A stretch of DNA of 64,000 bases from Thermoprotei archaeon. Lineage in GTDB: Archaea > Thermoproteota > Thermoprotei_A > Marsarchaeales > Marsarchaeaceae. Location of the stretch: assembly GCA_038884175.1 (NCBI GenBank), contig JAVZKQ010000001.1:19170-83169 (forward strand). Direction: 5' to 3'. The notes beneath the pieces are model-generated. The model was given only the letters and a program-made list of their open reading frames with translations. It was not told the DNA's origin and did no database searches. Each line of letters begins with the position of its first letter. Positions within the stretch are counted from its first letter, which is position 1. The position numbers and the translations under genes are program-made. Of the stretch, positions 30,506 to 39,159 are shown piece by piece.

Positions 30506-30986
30506 ACATGCATAATGGCTACACAAAAAATACGAGCGCACACTTCTTTAAACAGGAACCACACACATGTGCTCAACCTGCGGTGCATATTAGGCTCAAT
30601 ACACAAAAGCGATTTGGGCTTTAGGAAACATCTTCGACCAAAAGTGTGTAGCATGTAGGGTGAATCCGCGTGGTTGAACCATCACCAATATCTTTTGCAC
30701 GATGTGTTTAGCCAGACTAGTTAAGGCCTCGGTGCACAACAATGGTGTGTGCTTTCCCAACGTGTAAGTCGCTAACCTTCTATCCCAATATTAAAGATAT
30801 CCGTGTACATCCTCACAAATAGTTGCTAAACGCGTTGTACAGCGGTGTTCGTGAACTTATAGCTTCGCCCAATTCTAAAACCCGGTTAATAAGTTAGATA
30901 GACTCTAACTGTCTCTTATGGAGGGGTTGGGCTCGTAGCTCATCCACAGCCCAATATGGGTGTACACCGCTACTGGGTAGTGGAGG

Positions 30987-31075
30987 AGCCGGGGGTGGGA
31001 TTCGAACCCACGGTTAAGCGGCTGGCTACGATGACCACTGCAGGCCGCCGCCTTAGGCCGCTCGGCCACCCCGGC
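30987..31075 (-). tRNA. tRNA-Cys(GCA) with 14-nt intron at 37/38 (intron 31024-31037)
   Basis: GCCGGGG/CCCCGGC acceptor stem, U73, anticodon stem GCGGC/GCCGC, TTCGAAT T-loop; intron TGGTCATCGTAGCC forms a BHB (CUGC:GUAG helix, bulges AG|U and CC|A). Confidence 0.93.
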
Positions 31076-31111
31076 GACGAGATTTAACCTCCCATAGACT
31101 CATAAGTTTTT

Positions 31112-32266
31112 TCATGGTAGTGGATGTCTTCTGATCACCATGTTGTTTTGGCCGCTTTCTAAATCCCTTAGGAACCTCTCATCAGCTAATGCCAAGTACT
31201 CTTCGGGTTGAGAGTTGATCTGGGTTATGGTTTCGTGGTTAGCCGGTTTCTGGGGTAGGTGAGCCAACAGGAAATCCAGTAGCTCGTCTGGTTTTGGTTT
31301 AGGTGTCCAAAGCCGGCTTTTGAGTTCACCTATTGTGGCCTGGATTGGGATCCCTCTTCTTATTTCTTGGGGTGTAGAGTGTGATGGGAGCGTGTTTATC
31401 TTTTCGGGAATGTTTTCGAAGACCCAGTCGTAGAGGTCGTAGAGAGCTTTTGCCTTTTCTTCAACCTGTAACAGGCCACCTAAGTCAGGCCTCGCATAGC
31501 CGTCAGTGAATAACAGGTCTCCAGTGAATAGGGCTAGGGGCGTTTTATCACCACCCTTCGATAGTAGTAGCATGCACGAGTCTAAGTGGTTGTTCAGAGC
31601 TATTGGTCTAAGTTCGTATTCTCCATGCGTGATTGTGAAAGATGCGTGTTGTTGTGTTGAATTGAACCTGTATAGTGGTATCCTCAAAGTGTTGGAGAGT
31701 TTGAGTCCACCCGAAATATGGTCGAGTGGTTTGTGGGTCTCTACAACGGCGACAATCCTTAACCCGAGTCTTCCAACCTCGTTTAGGCAGGATGTGTTGG
31801 CTAGGTGTTGGGGGTCCACTATAACTGCCTCACCACTTTTCTTCGAGCCGACCACGTATCCCATGCACCCCTTCAATATCCGCCTTAGTTGAAGGATTAT
31901 GAGGTCTGGGTCGAGGTATACCTCGGCTACGTCGCACAAGGCGTTGAGCAGATTCATCCCACCCCTGACGCTTTTAGCCCTATAACCCAGCGAAGACAGT
32001 ATTTGAGCTGCTATAAGCGACCTGTTACCGTGCGCGCACACAACTAATACCTCCTTGTTTAAGGGTATCTTTTCAAGGATAGCTTCAGGTTGAGTGAACA
32101 GGTCCTGTACGGGTAGGAGGAGTGGCTCCACACCCCCATACTTAATATTCCAAGCATCATACTCCCATGGGGTCCTCACATCTAGTAAAACAAATTCTTC
32201 TTTCAAATCTATCTTACGTTTGAGTGTTTCAGGGCCAACTTCCAGTGGTTCCTCTATGCTTAGCAT
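31112..32266 (-). CDS. rhodanese / metallo-beta-lactamase-fold fusion (persulfide dioxygenase-like)
   Basis: LDVRTPWEY, CAHGNRS active loop; MBL motifs ETHKPLDH, NNH, FTGD, PSH. Confidence 0.8.
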   Translation of the reverse strand: MLSIEEPLEVGPETLKRKIDLKEEFVLLDVRTPWEYDAWNIKYGGVEPLLLPVQDLFTQPEAILEKIPLNKEVLVVCAHGNRSLIAAQILSSLGYRAKSVRGGMNLLNALCDVAEVYLDPDLIILQLRRILKGCMGYVVGSKKSGEAVIVDPQHLANTSCLNEVGRLGLRIVAVVETHKPLDHISGGLKLSNTLRIPLYRFNSTQQHASFTITHGEYELRPIALNNHLDSCMLLLSKGGDKTPLALFTGDLLFTDGYARPDLGGLLQVEEKAKALYDLYDWVFENIPEKINTLPSHSTPQEIRRGIPIQATIGELKSRLWTPKPKPDELLDFLLAHLPQKPANHETITQINSQPEEYLALADERFLRDLESGQNNMVIRRHPLP

Positions 32267-32808
32267 TTAACATATTAAGGAAGGTTATATGTATAAACTT
32301 TATCGACTTAACTCATACTTAGGGCCAAACCCTTTAACACAGCATTATTTCCTATTAAGAGGCTGTGTTGTTCAACATTGTGCGATGTCCTATGTAGCCC
32401 TAAAAAGTTTAGAGGGAGGTGAGTGGTCGAATGGCCAGCGGAGAATAGCGGCTCCAACATGGTCCAACCAGCTTGATAACTCCAACCAAAAAGTGTTAAT
32501 TTATTTTCTCGTTGCAAATCGGTGTATGCGGTGAGGATAGGGTGTCTGTTTGCGGGTCACACCTCCCGTGTATGTGAGCCCGTATTAATAGTTATGATGT
32601 CTATCTCGATCACGGTCATGGAGTTAGGCGAATTCGCTTGATTCATAGAATGATAATGTGTGCGTCAACAGGGCTGTCTTAATGCGCTTTGTGGCAAGGT
32701 TTGTACATCTGTCGACAAAGTTTCTTAGCGTAAGAAGAATTTGTAGAGTGGAGCGAAAAAAGCATTTTACTAGTAGTTTAGCGTATTCTAATTTGATACA
32801 TTAAGCAG

Positions 32809-32839
32809 AAAGAGATTTATATTACTAGAATTTATATTA
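32809..32839 (+). promoter_or_regulatory. BRE/TATA of the cox operon with 10-bp direct repeat ATTTATATTA
   Basis: Purine run then TTTATATT at 32816-32823; repeat copies 32815-32824 and 32830-32839; ATG at 32842. Confidence 0.5.
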
Positions 32840-32841
32840 AC

Positions 32842-33842
32842 ATGTATATCCTGTAAATTTTGATTATTATATAGCTAGAACTGATGAAGAGGCGATAGAT
32901 CTACTTGACAAACATGCTGGGGAAGCTAAGGTTCTGGCTGGTGGTCAGAGTCTGATACCGTTGATGAAACTTAGGTTGGTGAGGCCTACGCTTGTGGTGG
33001 ACATAAACCCAATAACGGAGTTAAGATATGTGAGGGAAGAGTCAAACGGTTGGCTTGCAATAGGCGCCTTGACCCGCATAGCTGACCTCGTAACTTCGCC
33101 CATAATAAGGAAAAAGTATCATATCATCTATTCATAATAAGAATAACTCAAACTGGCTTAACACTGGACGAACCTAGCCGTGATTTTCTAGGCTAATTAG
33201 GCCTTTTTTAAGCGTACATGGGCTTAGGCACACACTATCTTCAATGAGGCAGCGAAACAAATAGCGGATCCTCAAGTGAGAAACATGGGCACGGTTGGCG
33301 GCAACGTTTCGCATGGTCATCCGGGGAACGATCTACCAGCCGTCTTCATGGCGCTAGACGCTAGATATGTCATTAGGAGTCCCAAGGGCCAGCGAACGGT
33401 GTCTCCTAAAGACTTCTATCGTGGTCCCTACGAGACCATCTTAGAACCCAACGAACTACTCACCGAGGTCAGGATCCCACCCGCAAAGGGTAGAAGTGGT
33501 GGATCATATGCCAAGCTAGAGAAAAGGGTGGGCGACTTTGCTATCGCCGCAGTGGCTGTCCAAGTGAGTCTAACTGAAGACGGAAGAATTTCAACGGCTG
33601 GATTGGGCTACACTAATCTAGCCCCAAAGCCACTAGACGGCGACCCGATAGCAACACTGTTAGTAGGAAAGAAATTAAGTAAAGATGTATTAGGGGAAGT
33701 AAAAGAAGCCTTAGAAAAATTCGGATTCTCGCCCTCTACAGACTTAAGGGGGCCTGATTGGTATAAGCGCGATATGGCAAAGAACCTAACCATTAAAGCG
33801 CTAAACACTGCGGTGGAGAGGGCGGAGGCGATGGTTGTATGA
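32842..33842 (+). pseudogene. coxM: disrupted CO dehydrogenase medium (FAD) subunit
   Basis: 32847-33125 reads YPVNFDYY...KVLAGGQSLIPLMKLRL...IGALT...KKYHI; resumes in the same frame at about 33240 (FNEAAKQIADPQVRNMGTVGGN); ATG is 2 nt out of frame and a stop-containing insert lies between. Confidence 0.88.
33122..33239. mobile_element. 114-bp insertion in coxM flanked by TATC direct repeats (MITE/IS scar candidate)
   Basis: TATC at 33122-33125 and 33236-33239; internal CCTAG...CTAGG inverted repeat; no terminal inverted repeat seen. Confidence 0.45.
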
Positions 33843-34363
33843 ATAGGCATACTGTGGGCGTTAGGGTTAACGGGGTTCAGAGATTTGCGGAGGTTGATTC
33901 ACGGATGTTGGCGGTGCATTTTATAAGAGAGAAACTTGGGTTGACCGGTACACATGTGGGGTGTGATACGTCCAATTGTGGAGCTTGCACGGTGCTGGTG
34001 AAGTTTCCTTGGGAAGACAAATTCAAGAGCGTTAAGAGTTGCACGCTGTTCGCTGTTCAACTTCAAGGAGCAGAAATCTATACAGTTGAAGGGTTAGAGG
34101 TTGATGGTAAGCTTCATCCCGTTCAGGAAGGCTTCTGGGAGAAGCACGGCCTCCAGTGTGGCTTTTGCACCCCCGGCCTTCTAATGCAGTCCGCTTGGCT
34201 GTTAGAGAACAATCCTAACCCCACAGAGGAAGAGATCAGGTGGGGCATCTCAGGTAACCTGTGCAGATGTACCGGCTATGTTAAAATTGTGGAGGCCATA
34301 CAATACGCAGCAAAGAAACTGGCTGAGTCCGGTGAATCCTCTCTCACACTAATTAGGAGGTGA
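33839..34363 (+). CDS. coxS: CO dehydrogenase small 2x[2Fe-2S] subunit
   Basis: [32 protein letters not shown]. Confidence 0.93.
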   Translation: MNRHTVGVRVNGVQRFAEVDSRMLAVHFIREKLGLTGTHVGCDTSNCGACTVLVKFPWEDKFKSVKSCTLFAVQLQGAEIYTVEGLEVDGKLHPVQEGFWEKHGLQCGFCTPGLLMQSAWLLENNPNPTEEEIRWGISGNLCRCTGYVKIVEAIQYAAKKLAESGESSLTLIRR

Positions 34364-34366
34364 AAT

Positions 34367-36736
34367 GTGATGGAGTCGCAAGTTTTGGTTCACGGCATAG
34401 GCCACCCACTCAAGAGGAAAGAAGACCCTAGGTTGATACGTGGAAAAGGGACTTACGTCGATGACGTGAGTCTCCCTGGCATGCTATACATGAAGATAGT
34501 GAGAAGCCCGTATTCCCATGCCAGAATAAAGAAAATAGACATAGAAAACGCTCTTAAGGCTCTAGGCGTCGTGAAGATCATAACCGGTAAAGACTTGGAG
34601 GCTGCTGGTCTAGCTTGGATGCCGACGCTCGCAGGCGACAAGCAGACCGTGCTCGCCCTCGACAAGGTATATTACCAGTATCAAGAAGTAGCCGCGGTGA
34701 TAGCTGAAGATAGATACGCGGCTGAGGACGCAGCCGAGCTAATAGACGTTGAGTATGAGCCGTTAGACCCCGTGGTTGACCCACGGAAAGCGCTTGAACC
34801 AGGAGCCCCTATAGTTAGGCCTGACAAAGCAACCAATCACGTCTTCCATATGGAGGCCGGTGATAGAGAGTCAACGGAGAGGATGTTTAAAGAGGCTGAT
34901 TTGGTTGTTAAAGAGACATTTTACTATCAGAGGATACACGTTGCGCATATGGAGACCTGTGGTTGCGTGGCACAGTATGACCCAGTATCAGGCAAACTCA
35001 CTCTATGGATGACAACTCAAGCACCCCACGCTGTGCGCACGGTTGCAGCACTCTTTACAAAGATACCCGAGCACAAAATAAGGATTATTTCACCTGATAT
35101 AGGTGGAGGCTTCGGCGGCAAGGTCTACGTTTACCCAGGCTATGTGGTGGCTGCCTTCGCGTCGATTGTGACAGGTAGACCTGTTAAATGGATTGAGACA
35201 AGGACCGAAAACCTAAGTAGTACTGCGTTCGCTAGGGACGCGTACATCACGGGCGAAATAGCCGCCAAGAAGGATGGGACAATGTTAGCGCTAAGGATAA
35301 AGGTCATAAGCGACCACGGCGCCTTTTTTGGCGACGCGAACCCCTCAAAGTTTCCGTTCGGCCTCTTCTCGATAGTGTCTGGGTGCTATAAGTGGAGAAG
35401 CGGGTTTATTGAAGTCGATGGAGCCCACACCAATAAGCCTCCCGGGGGAATAGCTTACAGATGTTCATTCAGGGTTACGGAAGCGGCCTATACAATTGAG
35501 AGGTTGGTGGATATTCTTGCACACGAGCTAAAAATGGATCCTGCCCAGCTTAGGCTAATGAACTTCATCCAGCTTAGGCTAATGAACTTCATTAAACCGG
35601 AAGAGTTTCCCTATAGGTCGGTGTTCGGTTGGACGTATGACAGTGGGAACTATGAGCGGGCGCTTAGGGTTGCGATGGAGAAGATAGGCTATGAACAGCT
35701 GAGAAAAGAGCAGGAGGAAAAGCTGAAGAAAGGGGAGCTCATGGGAATAGGTATCAGCACCTTCGTCGAGATAGTGGGCGCAGGTCCAAGCCAAACATTC
35801 GACATACTCGGTTTGAAGATGAGTGAGAGTAGCGAGATAAGGATTCATCCAACCGGTAAGGTTATTGCGAGGTTTGGCACAAAATCTCAGGGGCAGGGAC
35901 ACGAGACAACATACGCCCAGATAATAGCTGAGAAGTTGGGAATACCCGAGGATGACATAATCGTGGAGGAAGGCGACACGGATACAGCCCCCTATGGATT
36001 GGGGACCTATGCCAGCAGGAGTACCCCGACCGCCGGTGCGGCGGCAGCTGTCACCTGTGATAAAATAATCCAGAAGGCTAAGAAGATTGCTTCCCACCTT
36101 CTGGAAGTTAGGGAAGAGGATCTAGAATATACCAGGGGTAAATTCAGCGTGAAGGGTGTACCAGCCAAGTTCGTCACGATGCAGCAGGTGGCGTTAGCCG
36201 CCTACACAAACCCCCCGCCGGGCGTTGAAACCGGCCTAGAGGCGGTAACCTACTACGATCCTCCGAATATGACCTTCCCTTTCGGCGCGTATATCTGCGT
36301 AATAGATATAGATAAGATCACGGGGCAACCCAAAATCAGGAGGTTTGTAGCTGTGGATGACTGTGGGAACGTGATTAATCCACTTATAGTTGAGGGCCAA
36401 ATACACGGCGCCCTAACGATGGGCTTCGGGACAGCGTTTCTAGAGGAGATAAAGTATGATGAGCAGGGTAACATATATGGCAACACTTTTATGGATTATC
36501 AAATACCCACAGCTGTAGAGGCACCCAGATGGGAGACTGAGAGAACCGTGACACCTTCGCCCCACCATCCTCTGGGAGCCAAGGGTGTTGCTGAATCACC
36601 AACGGTAGGTTCACCGGCCGCGTTTGAGAATGCGGTGGTGGACGCTCTCTATCACTTGGGTGTGAGAAGTGTTGGTATGCCGCTCTACCCATGGAAAATA
36701 TACAGGACCTTGAAGGAGAAGGGAGTTGCGCCATAG
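34367..36736 (+). CDS. coxL: form I aerobic CO dehydrogenase large (Mo-Cu) subunit
   Basis: AYRCSFR active-site motif, GGGFGGK, SQGQGHET, GTYASRS, AKGVAE; AGGAGGTGA RBS upstream. Confidence 0.92.
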   Translation: MMESQVLVHGIGHPLKRKEDPRLIRGKGTYVDDVSLPGMLYMKIVRSPYSHARIKKIDIENALKALGVVKIITGKDLEAAGLAWMPTLAGDKQTVLALDKVYYQYQEVAAVIAEDRYAAEDAAELIDVEYEPLDPVVDPRKALEPGAPIVRPDKATNHVFHMEAGDRESTERMFKEADLVVKETFYYQRIHVAHMETCGCVAQYDPVSGKLTLWMTTQAPHAVRTVAALFTKIPEHKIRIISPDIGGGFGGKVYVYPGYVVAAFASIVTGRPVKWIETRTENLSSTAFARDAYITGEIAAKKDGTMLALRIKVISDHGAFFGDANPSKFPFGLFSIVSGCYKWRSGFIEVDGAHTNKPPGGIAYRCSFRVTEAAYTIERLVDILAHELKMDPAQLRLMNFIQLRLMNFIKPEEFPYRSVFGWTYDSGNYERALRVAMEKIGYEQLRKEQEEKLKKGELMGIGISTFVEIVGAGPSQTFDILGLKMSESSEIRIHPTGKVIARFGTKSQGQGHETTYAQIIAEKLGIPEDDIIVEEGDTDTAPYGLGTYASRSTPTAGAAAAVTCDKIIQKAKKIASHLLEVREEDLEYTRGKFSVKGVPAKFVTMQQVALAAYTNPPPGVETGLEAVTYYDPPNMTFPFGAYICVIDIDKITGQPKIRRFVAVDDCGNVINPLIVEGQIHGALTMGFGTAFLEEIKYDEQGNIYGNTFMDYQIPTAVEAPRWETERTVTPSPHHPLGAKGVAESPTVGSPAAFENAVVDALYHLGVRSVGMPLYPWKIYRTLKEKGVAP
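35545..35592 (+). repeat. perfect 24-bp tandem duplication inside coxL
   Basis: CCAGCTTAGGCTAATGAACTTCAT twice, giving QLRLMNFI-QLRLMNFI. Confidence 0.95.
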
Positions 36737-36748
36737 AAGAGGTCGGGA

Positions 36749-37693
36749 TTGTTGGAAGAAAAGTCTGTAAACCACAGGATAGTCGAGCTCTTAGAAGATG
36801 GTCAACCCTTCGTCGTTGTCACGGTGGTCAGAACATCGCCAGCTATCAGTGTGAAGCCTGGTTCGAAAGCCATCATAAGAGCCGACAGAAGCGTTGAGGG
36901 TTGGTTGGGCGGAAGCTGTGTAGAACCCCAACTGATAGAGGTAGCCCTAAATTGCTTGAAAGGATGTGAAGTCAAGTTGGTACAAGTGGGACAGGGTCCC
37001 CAGAAATCCGAACAATCCTTTGCTGACATAACACTTCCCAACTACTGTATAAGTGGGGGCAGCGCACTTTTTCTAATGGAACCCTACATAACCTCGCAAA
37101 TAATAGTGATAGGTGATAATAGAATAGCCGAAGTGGTCAATGAAATAGCAAAGTTGGTGGGTTTCAAAACCATACAGCTAACCAGAGATGGTATGGATGA
37201 CGCCAAGAGGGTGAATCTAAATGTGACATCTAAGACAATCGCCGTGGTTGCCACTATGGGTAAATATGACGACATCTCCGTACAGCTAACCTTAGAGATG
37301 GATGTGCCCCACGTGTTGTTGATTTCTAGTAAGAAAAGGTGGGAGGGGCTTAAAAAGATCCTGCTCGACAAGGGTGTTCCAAGCGATAAGCTCGAAAGAG
37401 TGAAGGCTCCAGCTGGAGTAGACATAGGCGCAAAGTCGCCTGAGGAGATAGGGGTTAGCATAATCGCGGAGGCAATTGAAATATTAAATAGACAAAGGGT
37501 TACAACAAGGCCGCCTAAAGTTGAGATTGAGGAGAACGTTGCAAAGGATATTGTCTGCGAAATGGTTGTTTCGGTCAGCACACCCTATAAGGCCGACCTC
37601 CAGAATAAGGCATACTATTTCTGTAGTGAGTATTGTCTTAACAAGTTTTTGGAGGAGCCCTCCAAATATGTTTATGTAGAAGCTAAGAGTTAG
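36749..37693 (+). CDS. XdhC/CoxF maturation factor with C-terminal YHS/TRASH domain
   Basis: GWLGGSCVE, YCISGG, APAGVDIGAKSPEEI; tail KDIVCEM...YYFCSEYC..KFLEEPSKY. Confidence 0.88.
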   Translation: MLEEKSVNHRIVELLEDGQPFVVVTVVRTSPAISVKPGSKAIIRADRSVEGWLGGSCVEPQLIEVALNCLKGCEVKLVQVGQGPQKSEQSFADITLPNYCISGGSALFLMEPYITSQIIVIGDNRIAEVVNEIAKLVGFKTIQLTRDGMDDAKRVNLNVTSKTIAVVATMGKYDDISVQLTLEMDVPHVLLISSKKRWEGLKKILLDKGVPSDKLERVKAPAGVDIGAKSPEEIGVSIIAEAIEILNRQRVTTRPPKVEIEENVAKDIVCEMVVSVSTPYKADLQNKAYYFCSEYCLNKFLEEPSKYVYVEAKS

Positions 37694-37816
37694 CCATTGC
37701 CATCTGGGACGCACAGCCTGAACGCTTTAGCTCACAGTGCGCGGCTGGCCAGATGCGTTTAAGGGTTCCTAGTAGCTGAAGTATTTCTGCTTATATGTTT
37801 GGACTGTGGGTAAGGG

Positions 37817-39145
37817 TTAATATGCTGTGGTGGCATTGACGTCTTTGATGAGTATGTATGGTGCAAATGTGGGTGTGCCCACTTCCCACCATTCAATCCA
37901 GTTCCTCGTCTTTGATATTAGGCTGATACTCTTCAGTTGGCGTAGCACCGAGTCGCTAAGCCTGAACCCCGCAACAGGCTCGCCGATTTTGCCGTTGATC
38001 ACGCTAAACGAGGCGTCCCTTGGCAGTGTTGAGTACTCGCCTGTCCGAAGGTTCTGGAAGCGTGTGTACCAGTTGTTGGTCACGAGCAGCCCCCTCTTGG
38101 TCTCCTTAATCATTTCGTCGAGTGTTGAGTCGCCTTCTCCGAACACCACTGTGTGTGGTTGTGGAGAAATTATACCAGCGTTACCAGTTGTCTTTGTGCC
38201 GAACTTTTTTGCTGTGGAAGTGTTGTGCAGCATGTTTCTGAAAACACCGTTTACAATGATCTCGGTTTTCTGTGTGGGTACACCCTCATCGTCAACGCGG
38301 CGCCCACCTAGACCACCCTTAAAAACTCCATAGTCCCACACGTTAAGTGACTCAACACCCACCTGCTGGTTTAGCTGGTCGCTTAAATAGGACACGCCAG
38401 ATTCGATTAGATAGGCTGATGCCGCATCGCCGAGGGGGAGAATGTTGGCGACAACAGTGGGTGTGAATATCACATCATAAGTGCCCGCCTCAAGTTGCTT
38501 TGGACCCTCAGCCATCTTGGCGTACTCCCCAGCAGCCTTACCAGCCTTCTCAGGGTTGAACTCCGAGAGAAACGAGGCGCACGACAAACCGTGACCAGAA
38601 GCGTTATTTTCCGTAAAGGCCCTAACATTCAACAATATCTTTGTGTGCGCGTCCTCCGCAGCCGCACCAGCGCTTGTATAGACGTACACCCTTCTCAGAA
38701 CGCCTTCAAGCGAACCAGCTACACGGCTGGCGCCAGCCTTTTGCGCCGCGTCGACAGCCTGATGCGCGTGTTCAACAAGCTCCTCATCCTCAAGCTTTTT
38801 ATCGTAGTTCTGCTCTCCTGGGTAGTCGAATGGGCCGCTTGGAAGCGGCGCGTAGTCGTCGCTTGGAGCCAGCCTGCTCGCCGAGTCCACGAGCCTCGAC
38901 ACAAACCTCTCAAGGGATTGTGGGGTTGTGTCGTGAGTAACACCCATCACCCTCCTAGTCTGGTAGGCCAAGTACACTTGCACAGAAGTGTCCACAACAC
39001 TACTTGCGAGTGTTACACGGTTGTTAGCTATTCTTATTAACCTAGTGAGATCCCGTGTGATGACCACTGAGACATCGGTGCACCCAAGTTTTTTGGCGTT
39101 TGAGACAACCTCCTTTGAAAGTTCTTCTATGGTTTCCTGACCCAT
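37817..39145 (-). CDS. TldE/PmbA family protein
   Basis: DDEGVPT, TTGNAG, WYTRFQN; no HExxxH; paired with tldD. Confidence 0.87.
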   Translation of the reverse strand: MGQETIEELSKEVVSNAKKLGCTDVSVVITRDLTRLIRIANNRVTLASSVVDTSVQVYLAYQTRRVMGVTHDTTPQSLERFVSRLVDSASRLAPSDDYAPLPSGPFDYPGEQNYDKKLEDEELVEHAHQAVDAAQKAGASRVAGSLEGVLRRVYVYTSAGAAAEDAHTKILLNVRAFTENNASGHGLSCASFLSEFNPEKAGKAAGEYAKMAEGPKQLEAGTYDVIFTPTVVANILPLGDAASAYLIESGVSYLSDQLNQQVGVESLNVWDYGVFKGGLGGRRVDDEGVPTQKTEIIVNGVFRNMLHNTSTAKKFGTKTTGNAGIISPQPHTVVFGEGDSTLDEMIKETKRGLLVTNNWYTRFQNLRTGEYSTLPRDASFSVINGKIGEPVAGFRLSDSVLRQLKSISLISKTRNWIEWWEVGTPTFAPYILIKDVNATTAY

Positions 39146-39159
39146 CTCAATTCACCTCT

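Noticed and set aside
30929-30942. GGGCTCGTAGCTCA resembling a tRNA 5' end (split tRNA or att site)
   Set aside because: Only 14 nt, with no D-loop GG or further cloverleaf and no integrase nearby.
33122-33240. coxM insert as an archaeal pre-mRNA BHB intron
   Set aside because: The junctions cannot form the 4-bp central helix with two 3-nt bulges, and the insert ends are not complementary.
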